Below are positions 1-12,317 of a DNA stretch of 64,000 nt, piece by piece; the stretch's first letter is position 1, and each line of letters begins with the position of its first letter. Location of the stretch: assembly GCA_963693365.1 (NCBI GenBank), contig CAVNZM010000010.1, forward strand, positions 4,152,159 to 4,216,158. Direction: 5' to 3'. The stretch is from Amoebidium appalachense (Eukaryota; Protista; Ichthyosporea). The position numbers were made by a program, and so were the translations under genes. Under the pieces are notes generated by a model. The model saw nothing but the letters and a program-made list of their open reading frames with translations, was not told the DNA's origin and searched no databases.

Positions 1-814
1 CATTTCAGCTTTGAAAATTCTCTACGCCACCAAGCAACAATCCAAAGGGTAAGTTTTTTGTTGTGTGACCCTTTGTCTCTTTTTCAAACAGTAGGTTTAG
101 GTAGGGGAGGCTGGGTGTTGATTGCACTACGTGAATCCTTCGTGTTGTGTGTGTCCCCAACATCTGCAGCCCGGATGATCAGGTCTCAAGATTGCGAGGC
201 CGCGATGAATCCAATCATTTTGATGTTCTTAAATAAGTCTTTTACACTCAAGTTCTCTCTGCTGTTGTAGAGCCAAGACATCTGTTAACTCAACCCTGAT
301 CTGCAGAAGTGCTGTTAATGCCTTTACCACGTGCTGTTCAACAGGTTCGTTTGATATTTCGTTGATGCCCTTGTCGCATCTTTGCGAGCGTTCGTAGCGC
401 ACTCTCTATCAAAGTCGTGCTGCATAGAATTTTAGCCGGTCTTGAGCAGTTTTTCTACTCCGATGCCTCGCAAAAGCCTAACTCCCCACCAGTGCTCCCC
501 CCCCCCCCCCCCCTTCCCCTCTCCCCCCCCTTCTCTTCCTTCCCCCTCCCCCCTTCCCCCTCCCCCTTCGGTTTCTCTCCTTTACACCATACTTTGGGAA
601 TTTCCTTCTTTCTTGTGGATAGGAATAATGCCTTACCGTGGATCTGGGTTCTCCACAGGTTCTTCTCCTAAACACTGCGGTCGGGATTGTAGTGTCGGGC
701 ACGGTTGCCCGTTTCATTCGCACGAGTGTAATGTTGCCAGTTTCTTGTGCAAGAGGCACTAATCATCACTAGAAATGACAAATACAAGAGCGTTGATTTA
801 CAAGTGAAGGCACC
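1..814 (+). other. Possible spliced 5' UTR exons of the ARID4-like gene
   Basis: Donor G|GTAAGT at 48/49; AG-bounded segment 271-344 ending CAG|GTTCGT; acceptor CTCCACAG at 658 leading into the exon holding ATG 815. No convincing coding frame. Confidence 0.35.
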
Positions 815-1771
815 ATGGGGTCCAACAACGTCTCGGACCTGCCTGTGCTCAAACCCGGAACAGAGGTTGGTGTGTGGACTGATGTTCTCTGATGTGAACA
901 AATCATTTTTTTTTTGCTTGAGTTTTTTTCACATATCGATTGATGAATTCGATCCTGAGTGAAGTTCTTGATTCTCACCGCTTGACTGAGAAGTGGAGCC
1001 TTCGACTGTTTTGTTCTTTCTCTCTCTCTCTCTCTCCCCCCCCCCCCCCCCCCCCCCCCCCCACACACACACACAGGAAGAAAGAATTATTCACACTCCC
1101 AGATTACTGTTGCACGATCCATCTACATGCACTGTGCTCAATCCCCCTTCTCCTCTCCCCGTCCCACCGTCTGTCTCCACCCACTTACACACAGCACACA
1201 CACACACACACACACACACAAGAACTTCTACTGCAGCCCTCCCCCCCCCCCCCCCCCCCACCCACCCACCCCACCCCCTCCCCCCTCCCTCCACCCGCAC
1301 GTGAGTGACACACAAATCAACACTCTCTCACCCGCGTGCAAGCACAAATGCACACCTGGCCCCATGTTTCAAAATCCTCACCGCCCCCTTTCTCCCACTC
1401 ATGCCTTCACCCCATTCCGAGCCGTTTTATGCTCTTGCCTCCTCATCTCATCCAATAACCGTGTACTCTCTTACTTCACCTCATTTGACAATGACCATGT
1501 TTTCCTTCAACCATCTCATCAGGTCACAGCCCGGTTCCGTGGTGCGTTCTGCCTGGCTAAGGTGACACGTGTTCAGCCACACGTGACTGTGACGGTTGCA
1601 TTTGAGGACAGAAGCCTCGGCAGTGCCACAGTAGATGCTAGTGATGTGGTGGGGAACATACGGACAAAGGCACGAGTGCAGGTGTGTGGTGTGTTTGTGT
1701 GTACCTTGTATCTGTCTCTGCCTCTGTCTCTCTGTCTCCTTTCTTCTCTCTCCCTCTCTCTCCCTCTCTTG

Positions 1772-1803
<32 letters not shown>

Positions 1804-4308
1804 TCTCTCTCTCTCTCTCTCTCTCGCTCTCCATCCCCTCCGCCCCTCTCTCTCCCCCCTCTCTTGCTCTCTCCTTCCCCCCTTTCTCCCCCCCCCCCCC
1901 CCCCCCCTCTCTCTCTTGTCTCTTTTCCCTTTACCTTTCTTCTCGTTCTATTCCTCTTGCTCTCACACTTTGTCACAAACTTTTTCATTACCCCTCCCCC
2001 CTGCCTTCAACTCTCTTTCTCTTTCCATCCCCTCCCCCTTGCTCTTACTTCCCCCCCTTCCTCCCCCTCAACACTCCTCCCTCACTTTCCCTATGTTCGT
2101 GTGTGTGTATGTGCTTGGGTGTCCCCTGCCTTTCCCCCCCCCCCCCCCCCCCTTCTTCCTGGAAAAAAAAAAAAAGAGAAAAGGAAAAAACACTGATGAG
2201 AAGGATCTCTCCCCCCCACCGGAGGGGAGGTGGAGGGGGGAGGGGGGGGGGGATGAGGGGAGGGAGGACAGAACAAGTCTTATCGAATCTTTTAAATTTT
2301 TTAAGGCTTCAAATTCTTCCCACCTTTTTTGCACGGGCACATATTCAGTGGGTTACTGACCTTTCATTTTCAGGTGCGCATGACCCAGAAACGTCACAGG
2401 CACACGGCTGGAGACTCAGACAGCGATGGGGAAGAGCAAGGAAAGAAACCCAAACGGACCAAGCATGGGGAGGGGGTGGAGGAGGAGGGGGAGTTGAGAG
2501 CGGCGGTGATTAAGAAGGTCACTGATAAGTCGCTCTATACTGTTGGTGTGTACCCCCTGGCTCACTCCTTCCCCTCCCCCCCCCCCCCCCCCCCCCCGCC
2601 TTCTCCCCCCCCTTTATTATGCATCCCCCCCCCCCCCCCCCAACCCCCACCCCCACCCCCCCTCACCCACTCTCCCCTCGTTTCTGCAATTCCCCTCTCT
2701 TGCTTTTCCCACCGTGTTCTGCATTTTACACCCCCTTCCTCTCCTCTTTGCCAACACTAACAACACGACCGCCATAGAACACACACACACACACGGGCAC
2801 GTGTATCTTATATCACAACGGATAAATAACGGAAGAAGTTGGGGGTGAGTGGGTTTGTGGCTCTGGGGGGGGGGGGGGGGGGGGGGGGGGCGGCACAGGA
2901 AATGTTAAGGAGCAGAGAATGTGGCAGGCACACATGTGATAGATGGGGGAGGAGAGGGAGTGGGGGGGGAGGCACTCCCCCTCCCCCTGACTGTGTGTTC
3001 TTCGTATCTATAACACATTTATCTCCCCTCCCCCCTCCCCCCTCGACCACCACCCACTCACCCACTCACCCATCCTCCACCCCTCGTTCCACAAACTGGT
3101 CTCATGTTTTTGCCACTGGCACATGACACACCCTCGGCTAATTTCTCTGAACCAATTATTAAAAAGCATTTTTTTGGGGGGGGGCTAACCCTTATTTTTT
3201 TTTCCATCAGACTTCGAGGATGGGGATGTTGTGACTCTGCGGCGCAGTGGCATTCTTCTGAATGCCGCAGACGATACAGTGGCATCGGATAGCGGGTCTA
3301 CCTCGGATGGGCCACAGGCAAGGTGGAGGGCCTTATTTTATTTATTTATTTACTTATTTATATGTTTATTTTGGGTGGGTTGATGGTGGCGGTGGTGGTG
3401 GTGGTGGGGGCGGAAGGGGGGGGGGGGGGGGGGGGGGGGAGGGAGGGGGAATTGCTGTTGCTTGATCAAGCACTCAGGTATGGGTCTTTCTGTCTTTGCC
3501 TGTGCCTTTTTCGTTCTCCGTTCTTCGGATATGTGTGTGTGTGTGTGTGTTAGGGGGGGGGATTGTGTTGATTGCTGGTGGGCCCCCCTCTGCCCCCCGG
3601 TGCCCCCCCACACACAAACGCACACACACACAGGTATTCATGTTGTAGTATGTGTGATTGGAAGATACACATCCGCCTGTTGGTAAGTCGGGTGCATTTG
3701 TGTGTGTGTGTGTGTGTGTGTGTGTATTTGTGTGTCTGTATTCGTGTCGACGAAAATCCCAATTAAAACCCAAACTATCTCATTTTCCCATAGTGTTGCA
3801 TTTTTGCAAATTGGTGATTAAGGAAGGTGTGTAGTTGAAGTTGACTGTGTTTTTTTTTGGTTCAGAAAAAGAAAAAAGTCCGGCAGCTGGGGCCATGAGA
3901 GGGAAGCCGTGTACGTGTGTGCCACGGAGGAATGGGAGAATGACGACCCCCCCAGGATAGCAATGGTCAGTGCCCCCCCCCCACCCATCCCTCCCCTAAG
4001 AATATGCTTCAGTGTTTGCCACCTATAATGCATAATAACCCCCCACCCCCCTCCCCCCGTGGACCACCACCACTACCACCACACAGACACACACACACAC
4101 ACACACGCCCACGCATTGTGCCTGGTGGATGGACAACGAACACCCGTGGTGCGGGGGTCAATCCTGGATGGCCTGAACATTGCTGTCGGTTTCTCTTGTT
4201 TTTTAGTTTGTGTTTCTCTCTTTCTTGTGTTGTTTTTGTCCCGTGGTTTGCCTGCCCCCCTCCCCCCCCCCCCCCCCCCTCCCCCCCTTACCCCGGAGCA
4301 CACATACA

Positions 4309-4358
<50 letters not shown>

Positions 4359-4412
4359 GTGAGAGGGAGAGATACAGAGAGGGGGGGGCGGGGGGGGGAC
4401 TGCTTCTCAGCA

Positions 4413-4448
<36 letters not shown>

Positions 4449-4683
4449 AACCCTGACCTTTCCTGCATCCCTAACTGCTTACCTGGCAGCTCTCAAAAGC
4501 GTTTGTAAATTCTCCCAATTGACTTGCAGATCTGATTTGGACATGTTTTAATTACTTTGGCATTTGATTGGGCTATGCAGGTTGTTCCCACACACGAGGT
4601 GCGCCCTGAGATGGGTGTCAGCTATGCCGGGCCAAATGTGGTCATCCGATATTTCGACACTGCCGACTAGTAAAATGACCCTC

Positions 4684-4724
<41 letters not shown>

Positions 4725-4878
4725 GGGTTCACCCGGCTTTCGCTGCTCCACACCTAATACCAGAAACACAAGCACGATTCCTCTAGTCTTGTGTTCACCA
4801 GCCCCATAACCCCCCTTTCCCCCTGCCCCTCCACGCACGCACACACACACACACACACACCCCCCCCCCACCTCCCCC

Positions 4879-4909
<31 letters not shown>

Positions 4910-4946
4910 ACACACACCACCACCACCACCACCACCACCCACACAA

Positions 4947-4989
<43 letters not shown>

Positions 4990-5137
4990 GTAATTTAGCA
5001 TTTTGCTTGTGCATGGTTCACTTTCGATGCCAAGGAAGGCAGGAGAGCAAGAAACCCCGGGGGGGGGGGGGGGGGGGGGGGGGAGACTGGAGGGAGCGGG
5101 CATGTGGGGTTCTGCGGAGAGGGGGGAGGGCGGGAAA

Positions 5138-5208
<71 letters not shown>

Positions 5209-5479
5209 TTGTGTTTGTGTGTGCTAGATCGGCTGTGCCTCGTGTGGTTGCGAGGCGACGGACGCGTGGAAGAGAGGTTGGAAAGAGAACGGTGGGTGGG
5301 TGGTTTTGGGGGGGAGGGGGGGGGGGGGGGGGGGAGGGGGAGGGGGCAAACACCTGTAGGGTTGGAAGGGAGGTGATGGGTCAGGAGCACACCAACCATC
5401 TTTTTTTTTTTTTTTTCCAAGGCACAACTGCAGGCCAGAAACAAAGTTGTAAACCCATCATCCAGAAGGGGGGGAGGGG

Positions 5480-5528
<49 letters not shown>

Positions 5529-6065
5529 AGAAAGGGTGTGTGTTTGCGCGTGTGTCTTCTGATGTCTATGTCTGCATGTGCGTGCGTGTGTGTGTGTATG
5601 TGTGAGAAACAGAGTAAGAGAGGGAGAGAAGCAGGGGGTTGGGTGGGTATGACAGGTTGACTAACGAGGACATATACATACTCACACACTTGCCTAAATG
5701 GGATACTGCCGCACACACTACCTAACCCCAACCATCACTTACATACAACATCATATATGCTCACAAACTGCCCACTCTTCATTGCGCAGTGACGTAGCAC
5801 CCACGGACCACCTATCACCGTTCAGCCGTGACAGCCCCACGTACCACCGACTTACCCAGCAGTCAAGCTCATATCCAAAGGACCCGGCTGTAGTTGCCGC
5901 GCTGGGCTTTATCGACACACACACATTGCCGCAGCACTTGAATTGGCCTATTGTGCAGGTAAAGTGGCACATAAGACAGGCACACACGGGCTGGAAAATA
6001 GAAACACACGCATGTGTACACATACAGGGGCAGGCATGCACATATCTTTTGCTGCCTCCCCTCCC

Positions 6066-6096
<31 letters not shown>

Positions 6097-6267
6097 AAAA
6101 AAAAAAAAAACACACACCCCACCCACACTCCCCCCCAAACACACCCCACCCACCCCGATCACCACCATCACCACCACCAAAAAGCCAAACCAAAGAACCA
6201 AAAACAAAAATCGCATGCACACACTGACACTCAAAAACTGCGCATGTGCATGCACATACACATAGAG

Positions 6268-6302
<35 letters not shown>

Positions 6303-6965
6303 CAAATAGCTACACCCACTCCAAATACCTACACCCACCCCGACCATTCACATGCACAGATAGGGGCGGGGGGAAGGGGGGGAGGACACGGGGAGAGAGG
6401 GGGGAGATATATCACTAAAATACTCGTACACATTTTCTGTCTTTGGCAGATTGTGTTGGGGGAGGAAAGAAAGGGCTAAAATATCTCACTCTCTGTGTGT
6501 AGCACGCGTCCTCTAATTCTCTATTGCTGCGCCTGCCACCTAAGCGACAACCTGCTTTTTCCTTCATCCCCCCCCCCCCCCCCCCCCCCCCCCCCCTTTT
6601 TTTTTCCTTCCCTCCCGTCCCTTCCCCTTCTCTCACACGCTTGTCAGCCACACCCCCCTCCCCCCCCCCCCCCCCCCCCCCTCCCCACCTTTCGAAAACC
6701 CCCACCCTATCTTCTACCCATGAACTCTCTACTTCATCTAATATCACACATACACACACACACAGACAGACACCGCGTCCCGCCCCGCCCCCTTCACACT
6801 CTTTTCCACACCACTTTGCTCCTCTCCATCTCCCCAGAACAGCCTCAGGAAACCCCGTCAACCACCCTCACAGCCAAACGTCTCTCTTCCACCGGTTTTG
6901 CACACACACACACACGTACACGTACACACGCTCTCTTCTTACCCCAAGCCGCCCACCCACCCGCC

Positions 6966-7038
<73 letters not shown>

Positions 7039-7346
7039 ACATGTACACACACGTACACACACGTACACACACATCCTTACACACACTTTTCACCCCCTCC
7101 CCATCCTCTCCACCCTCCAAACAGCCCCCTCAGGAAACCCGGTCAACCACGCTCACAGCAAAACGTCTCTCTTCCACCGGTTCTGTCTCCTTAACCCAAC
7201 ACTCACCCGCCCCCGTACATTCTCCTTTACCACGCCCCCCTCCGGCCCCGCCGCCGGCGGCACGAGCGGGGACGGTTCGTTCATCTACCCGGCTGGGTCG
7301 TGGGTGGATGTTCTGTCGTATGCCGACGGAAAGATTTACAAGGCGC

Positions 7347-7415
<69 letters not shown>

Positions 7416-8587
7416 GGGGGAGGGAGGAGGGATGGGTTATGTTCTGGCTGCATGGATTGATGAATGAAAATGTGTGTGTGCACATGCACCAACACACATA
7501 GGGACACATAGGGACCTATGTGTACCGTGTTGGATGTGTACCGTGCTTTGGGCGTTTGTGTAGGTGGGCGGGTGGGTGAGTGTGGGTGTGGGTGTGATCG
7601 TGGGTGTGCTTGTGTTTGTGTGTGTGTGTGTGTGTGTGCGCGTGTTTTGTGTGTTTGTATGTGTGTGTGTGTGTGTGTGTGGAAGGGGGGGCGGTGGGTG
7701 GGTGGATGGTTGGGATTGGGGGGTGAGAGGGGGGGGGGGGGGGGGGGTGGCATTAGACCATAAGGTCCTGTGTAGTCAATATGGTAACAAACATGACTAA
7801 TTATAACCCCATGAGGCCAGCAGTACCTAAAAATAGCTCACTGAATACTTGCAGGTGATTGGTCACGAGCTGCGTGGTGCCGGCCGGTATGGACGGGGCA
7901 ATGGACCCTTGTTCCCCCACTACAACATCCACTACAAGGGGTACAGCCAAAAGTATGTTATCGCCCCCACACACACACACACTCACTCACTCACTCACTC
8001 ACTCACTCACTCGCACACACATCTGTACATGTACACATACACAAAATTCAACAAGAAAAGGAATGAAGGAAGCAAAAAGTTAAAGAGACGGCTGGGGGAA
8101 AGGGGGAGATGAGAAATTGAGAGGGGGGGGGGGGGGGAGGGGGGGGGGGGAGGGAAGGAGGACTGTGTGGTGCCGAGCTGGGGGGGAGGGGTTATTGGGG
8201 GGGGGGGGAGGGGGGGGGGGGGGGGGGGGGGGATCATGATGCACATTTTTTTTGAAAAGCTATGGGTGGTTAGAGAACGTCGCTCGTGGTGAATGGATCC
8301 GTTTTTATATCTGGTTGAGATCGGTTTATAGTATAATACTAGAGTCCCTCATTGCTGATATTAGATTGGTGGGTTCCAGATGCCCTTTTTAATGCTGGTT
8401 TGTGATTGGCAGATTCTGGTATGCATTTTAATGCTTGTTTGTGATTGGCAGATTCAACGAGTGGATCACAGAGGACCAGATCCAGGGCATGTGGCAGGCA
8501 AAGAGGAAACGACACGACGAGGGCTCCGACAGCTCAACTTCGGAGGATGACGACCAGTCGGGTAATGGTAACAGCTTATTCCCCCCC

Positions 8588-8639
<52 letters not shown>

Positions 8640-8885
8640 CACATGCACATGCACATGCACATGCACATGCACCCTCTATCTCCCTCCCTTTCTCCCTCCC
8701 TACCTACCCTCCCTGCCTGCCTGCCTGTCTCTCTCTCTCTCTCTCTCTTTCTCTCTTCCGTTCTCCCCTCTTACCCACTTTCACATCACACACAATCGCT
8801 CTCTCTCTAAAAGTCCACCACTCAACGTCCATCTATCTAAACTCTTGTGACCGGGCTTCATATCCTTGGACAACACGGTTTTTTT

Positions 8886-8932
<47 letters not shown>

Positions 8933-9198
8933 ATCATTATTGTCATTATCATGATCATTGTCATTAACACATACAAACCGTGGAATTATTTGTTTCTTCG
9001 TTTCCACCCTCAATGCTTATGTGTAATCGCCCACCAGATTCCAGTGCCTCTTCATCGAGTGATAGTGACGCATCAGATGGCCAACGGCGTGGCACAAAAA
9101 AGAGGAAAAACACCCGAGAAAGGAGCCCGGCACCCCCAAAGAAGAGTATGGACCCCCCCCACACACACACACACCACACCTCTTCCCCCAACACACAA

Positions 9199-9247
<49 letters not shown>

Positions 9248-9434
9248 CACACATGCACATGCACATGCACATGCACACATGCATGCGCGCACACACACGG
9301 CCACACACCGCACAGGGGTTGAATCTGTAGCAGCACTGCAGTTGTTCGCACTCGGAATTCAGGTACCAACCGTTTAACCCCCTTCCCCCCCTTCCCTCTT
9401 CCCCCCCCCCCCCCCCCCAACTCCCCTACCCCCC

Positions 9435-9502
<68 letters not shown>

Positions 9503-10470
9503 GTCGACGCCGCGTCCACCACCACCACCCATCCTTCTCATAACCCCCCTTCTCCTCCTCTCCCCCCCCCCCCCCCCCCCCCAAACACACACACACACAC
9601 ATTAGGCCCTAAGCCCAAGGAGTCAGACGCCAACAAATCCCCCTACCTACAACCACCGCGCTCCCCGAAGCTCTCTGGTGCCAAAAAGGCATCCCCTCGT
9701 AAGCGTCAACGCACGCAATCACAGTCCAGTTTCGAGGGAAAAACACGCACGCACGCGAGCGAACGCCCAAAATCGCCAAACCTCGGGCGTAAGCGCGAAC
9801 AGTCGCCTGCGCCCGCCAGCCTTATGTCCCCCGTATTGAAGGAGCCGAAGTTAGCCCGGGTCATTCCGTCGTTTGGAAAGGGGGTCGAGGAGATCAAGGA
9901 ACCGAAAAAGGAAAAGGAAAAGGAAAAGGAAACCCCCGAAAAGACAACCGAAAAATCCGAAAAGGCAACCGATAAAATCGAAAAACCTGATAAAAACACC
10001 GTGAGTTCAACGGTAAATGTGCTAAATAAGGGAAAATCGAGGCATCTCGCCCCTCCGACCAACAGGGATAGCGGTCCGGACAACAGCGGTGAAAGCAGCG
10101 GTTCGGATGAGGATGACGGCCAAGATTCGGCCCCGAGGCCAAAACATAAATCCGGAAAATTGAAAAAACGGGTGAGGAAAGACAGCGGTGGTATTACGGA
10201 CGGGTCGAGGGGACGAAAGAGAACGTATTCGACGTCGTCTTATGAAGGGGGAGGGAGGGGGTGGGGCTGGCGCGGGTGTGCTTGCGCCCCCCCTGGAGAG
10301 GTTGGCTAGTGTGGACGAGGCTGCGATGTACAAGTATGAGGTAGGGGCTAAGGTGCAGGCGATAGCCTACTATGACGGCAGGCTGTACAAGGCAAAGGTG
10401 TGTGTGTCTGTTTTTATTTTTGTATTTTTGTTTTTCGTTTTTTTTTTTTTTTTTTTTTTTTGGCGGGGCG

Positions 10471-10509
<39 letters not shown>

Positions 10510-11054
10510 GTGCGTGTGTTTTTTGGGCATGGGGCCTGTATGCATGTGAGTTTTGTGTTTTCCTCTCGGCGGCGCCCACCGGGGGGAGGGGGGGGGGAGG
10601 AGAATGATGAGTGGAGTCCTTTTGCTTAGTGTGTGTGACTGGGTGGTTGGGTGGTGGGTGGTGCGTATGTTGTGTATGTGGGCACACGTGATAGATATCG
10701 TGGTAAAGTGCTGGTGATATGGGGAGATCACATGTTTTCTTTTTTTTAAGGGTGTTGTTTTATTGGGGGGGGAGGGAGGGGAGGTCGAAAGAAAGATTCT
10801 ACGGTATACTTTGCCGTAATCTGTTTCTTTCTTTTGTGACTCCCCCCCCCCCCCCCCCCCCTCTCATCCCCCCCTCCTCCAACACGCACACAACACCACC
10901 ACCAGCACAACCGCCACAACCACCACCTCCTTCAGTCTGTGAGAAGTTTCACCCCAACCCCCACCTCCTCCCCCCCCCTCCCCCTCTCTCCCTCCCTCTG
11001 TGTCTGTCGGTGTCCGCATCTGTGTCTGTAACCGTCTGTGTCTGTGTCTGTGTG

Positions 11055-11088
<34 letters not shown>

Positions 11089-11530
11089 TCTGACTCTTTG
11101 TGTATACATGCAGGTTATCCAACGAGAGCTCCGTGCAGCCGGGCGGCACTGCACCAAGAACTCACCGCTTGTGCCTCAGTACCTCGTGCACTACAAGGGC
11201 TGGTCAAGAAAGTACGTGACTCCGCTTCTGCCAATACACACACGCGCGCGCGCGCGCAAATACCTCCCCATCGTGTTTGCTCATTCGCGGATGCTACCCT
11301 TCCCCCGTCATTCACCTTTCACCCCCTCAATTGTTAGTTGATCTCTATATATTTGTTTGTTTGTTTGTTTTTGTTTGTTTGTTTGTTTGTTGTTTTTGGG
11401 GGGGGAGAAGGGGGGCGGAGGGGATTGAATACCTGCTTGACACAGTCTTGTTCGTCTATGGCGATATTCGTTCTTTTACTCGGTGCATGTTTCACGGTGG
11501 AAATGTGTGTAGTTGCCTTTGTTTAATTTT

Positions 11531-11566
<36 letters not shown>

Positions 11567-12283
11567 GCTTGTTTGTTTGTTTTTTTTGTCTCATAGTTGA
11601 TGCATGTCAGTTGTGAGTACGGCAAGTGCAAGGCAGAGGGCCAGCAACCGCTTCACCATTATACTATTTTTAGGTTCCTGCTGACTGACATGTTGCTATT
11701 TATAGGCACGACGAGTGGGTAACAGAGGGCCAAGTGATCGACCGGGCAGTCGATGAAGACAGCAGCAGTCACAGCTCAGAGTCGCCTTCATCATCTTCAC
11801 CTGAAATCGGTACGTGTGTGTGTGTGTTGGGGGGGGGATGCGTGTGGGTGGTGGGTGGGTGGGTGGGTGGGTGGGTGTGTGTGTGTGTGTGCGGGTCTGT
11901 GGGTCTGCAGGTAGGTGCCTGTGTGCGGGTGTGCGGGAGGGTGCCTGTGTGCCTTTGTGCCTGTGTGGGTAGCTGTGTCTGAGTGTGCGGAGAGAGTGTA
12001 GGTTATGTCTGTCTATGTGTGTGTGCAGGGTGTACCTGTGTTTATGTCAGGGTGCCCTTGTGAGGATGTGTGTACATTTGTGCAGACACAGAAGTACGCA
12101 TTTTTGATATATGTTAGGTGGGCAAGCAGAGATTGTCTGGTTGTGTGGAAGAACGAGGCTGGGGAAGTGGCCAGGCGGGAGGGGTAGTGTCCCACCCCCG
12201 GGGTGGGGGGTGTCTGGGGGGAAAGGGGCGAGGTTAGGTTCTGTCAGAAGGTTTGTGAATGGTTTTGTAGATGGGGTTGGGAA

Positions 12284-12317
<34 letters not shown>

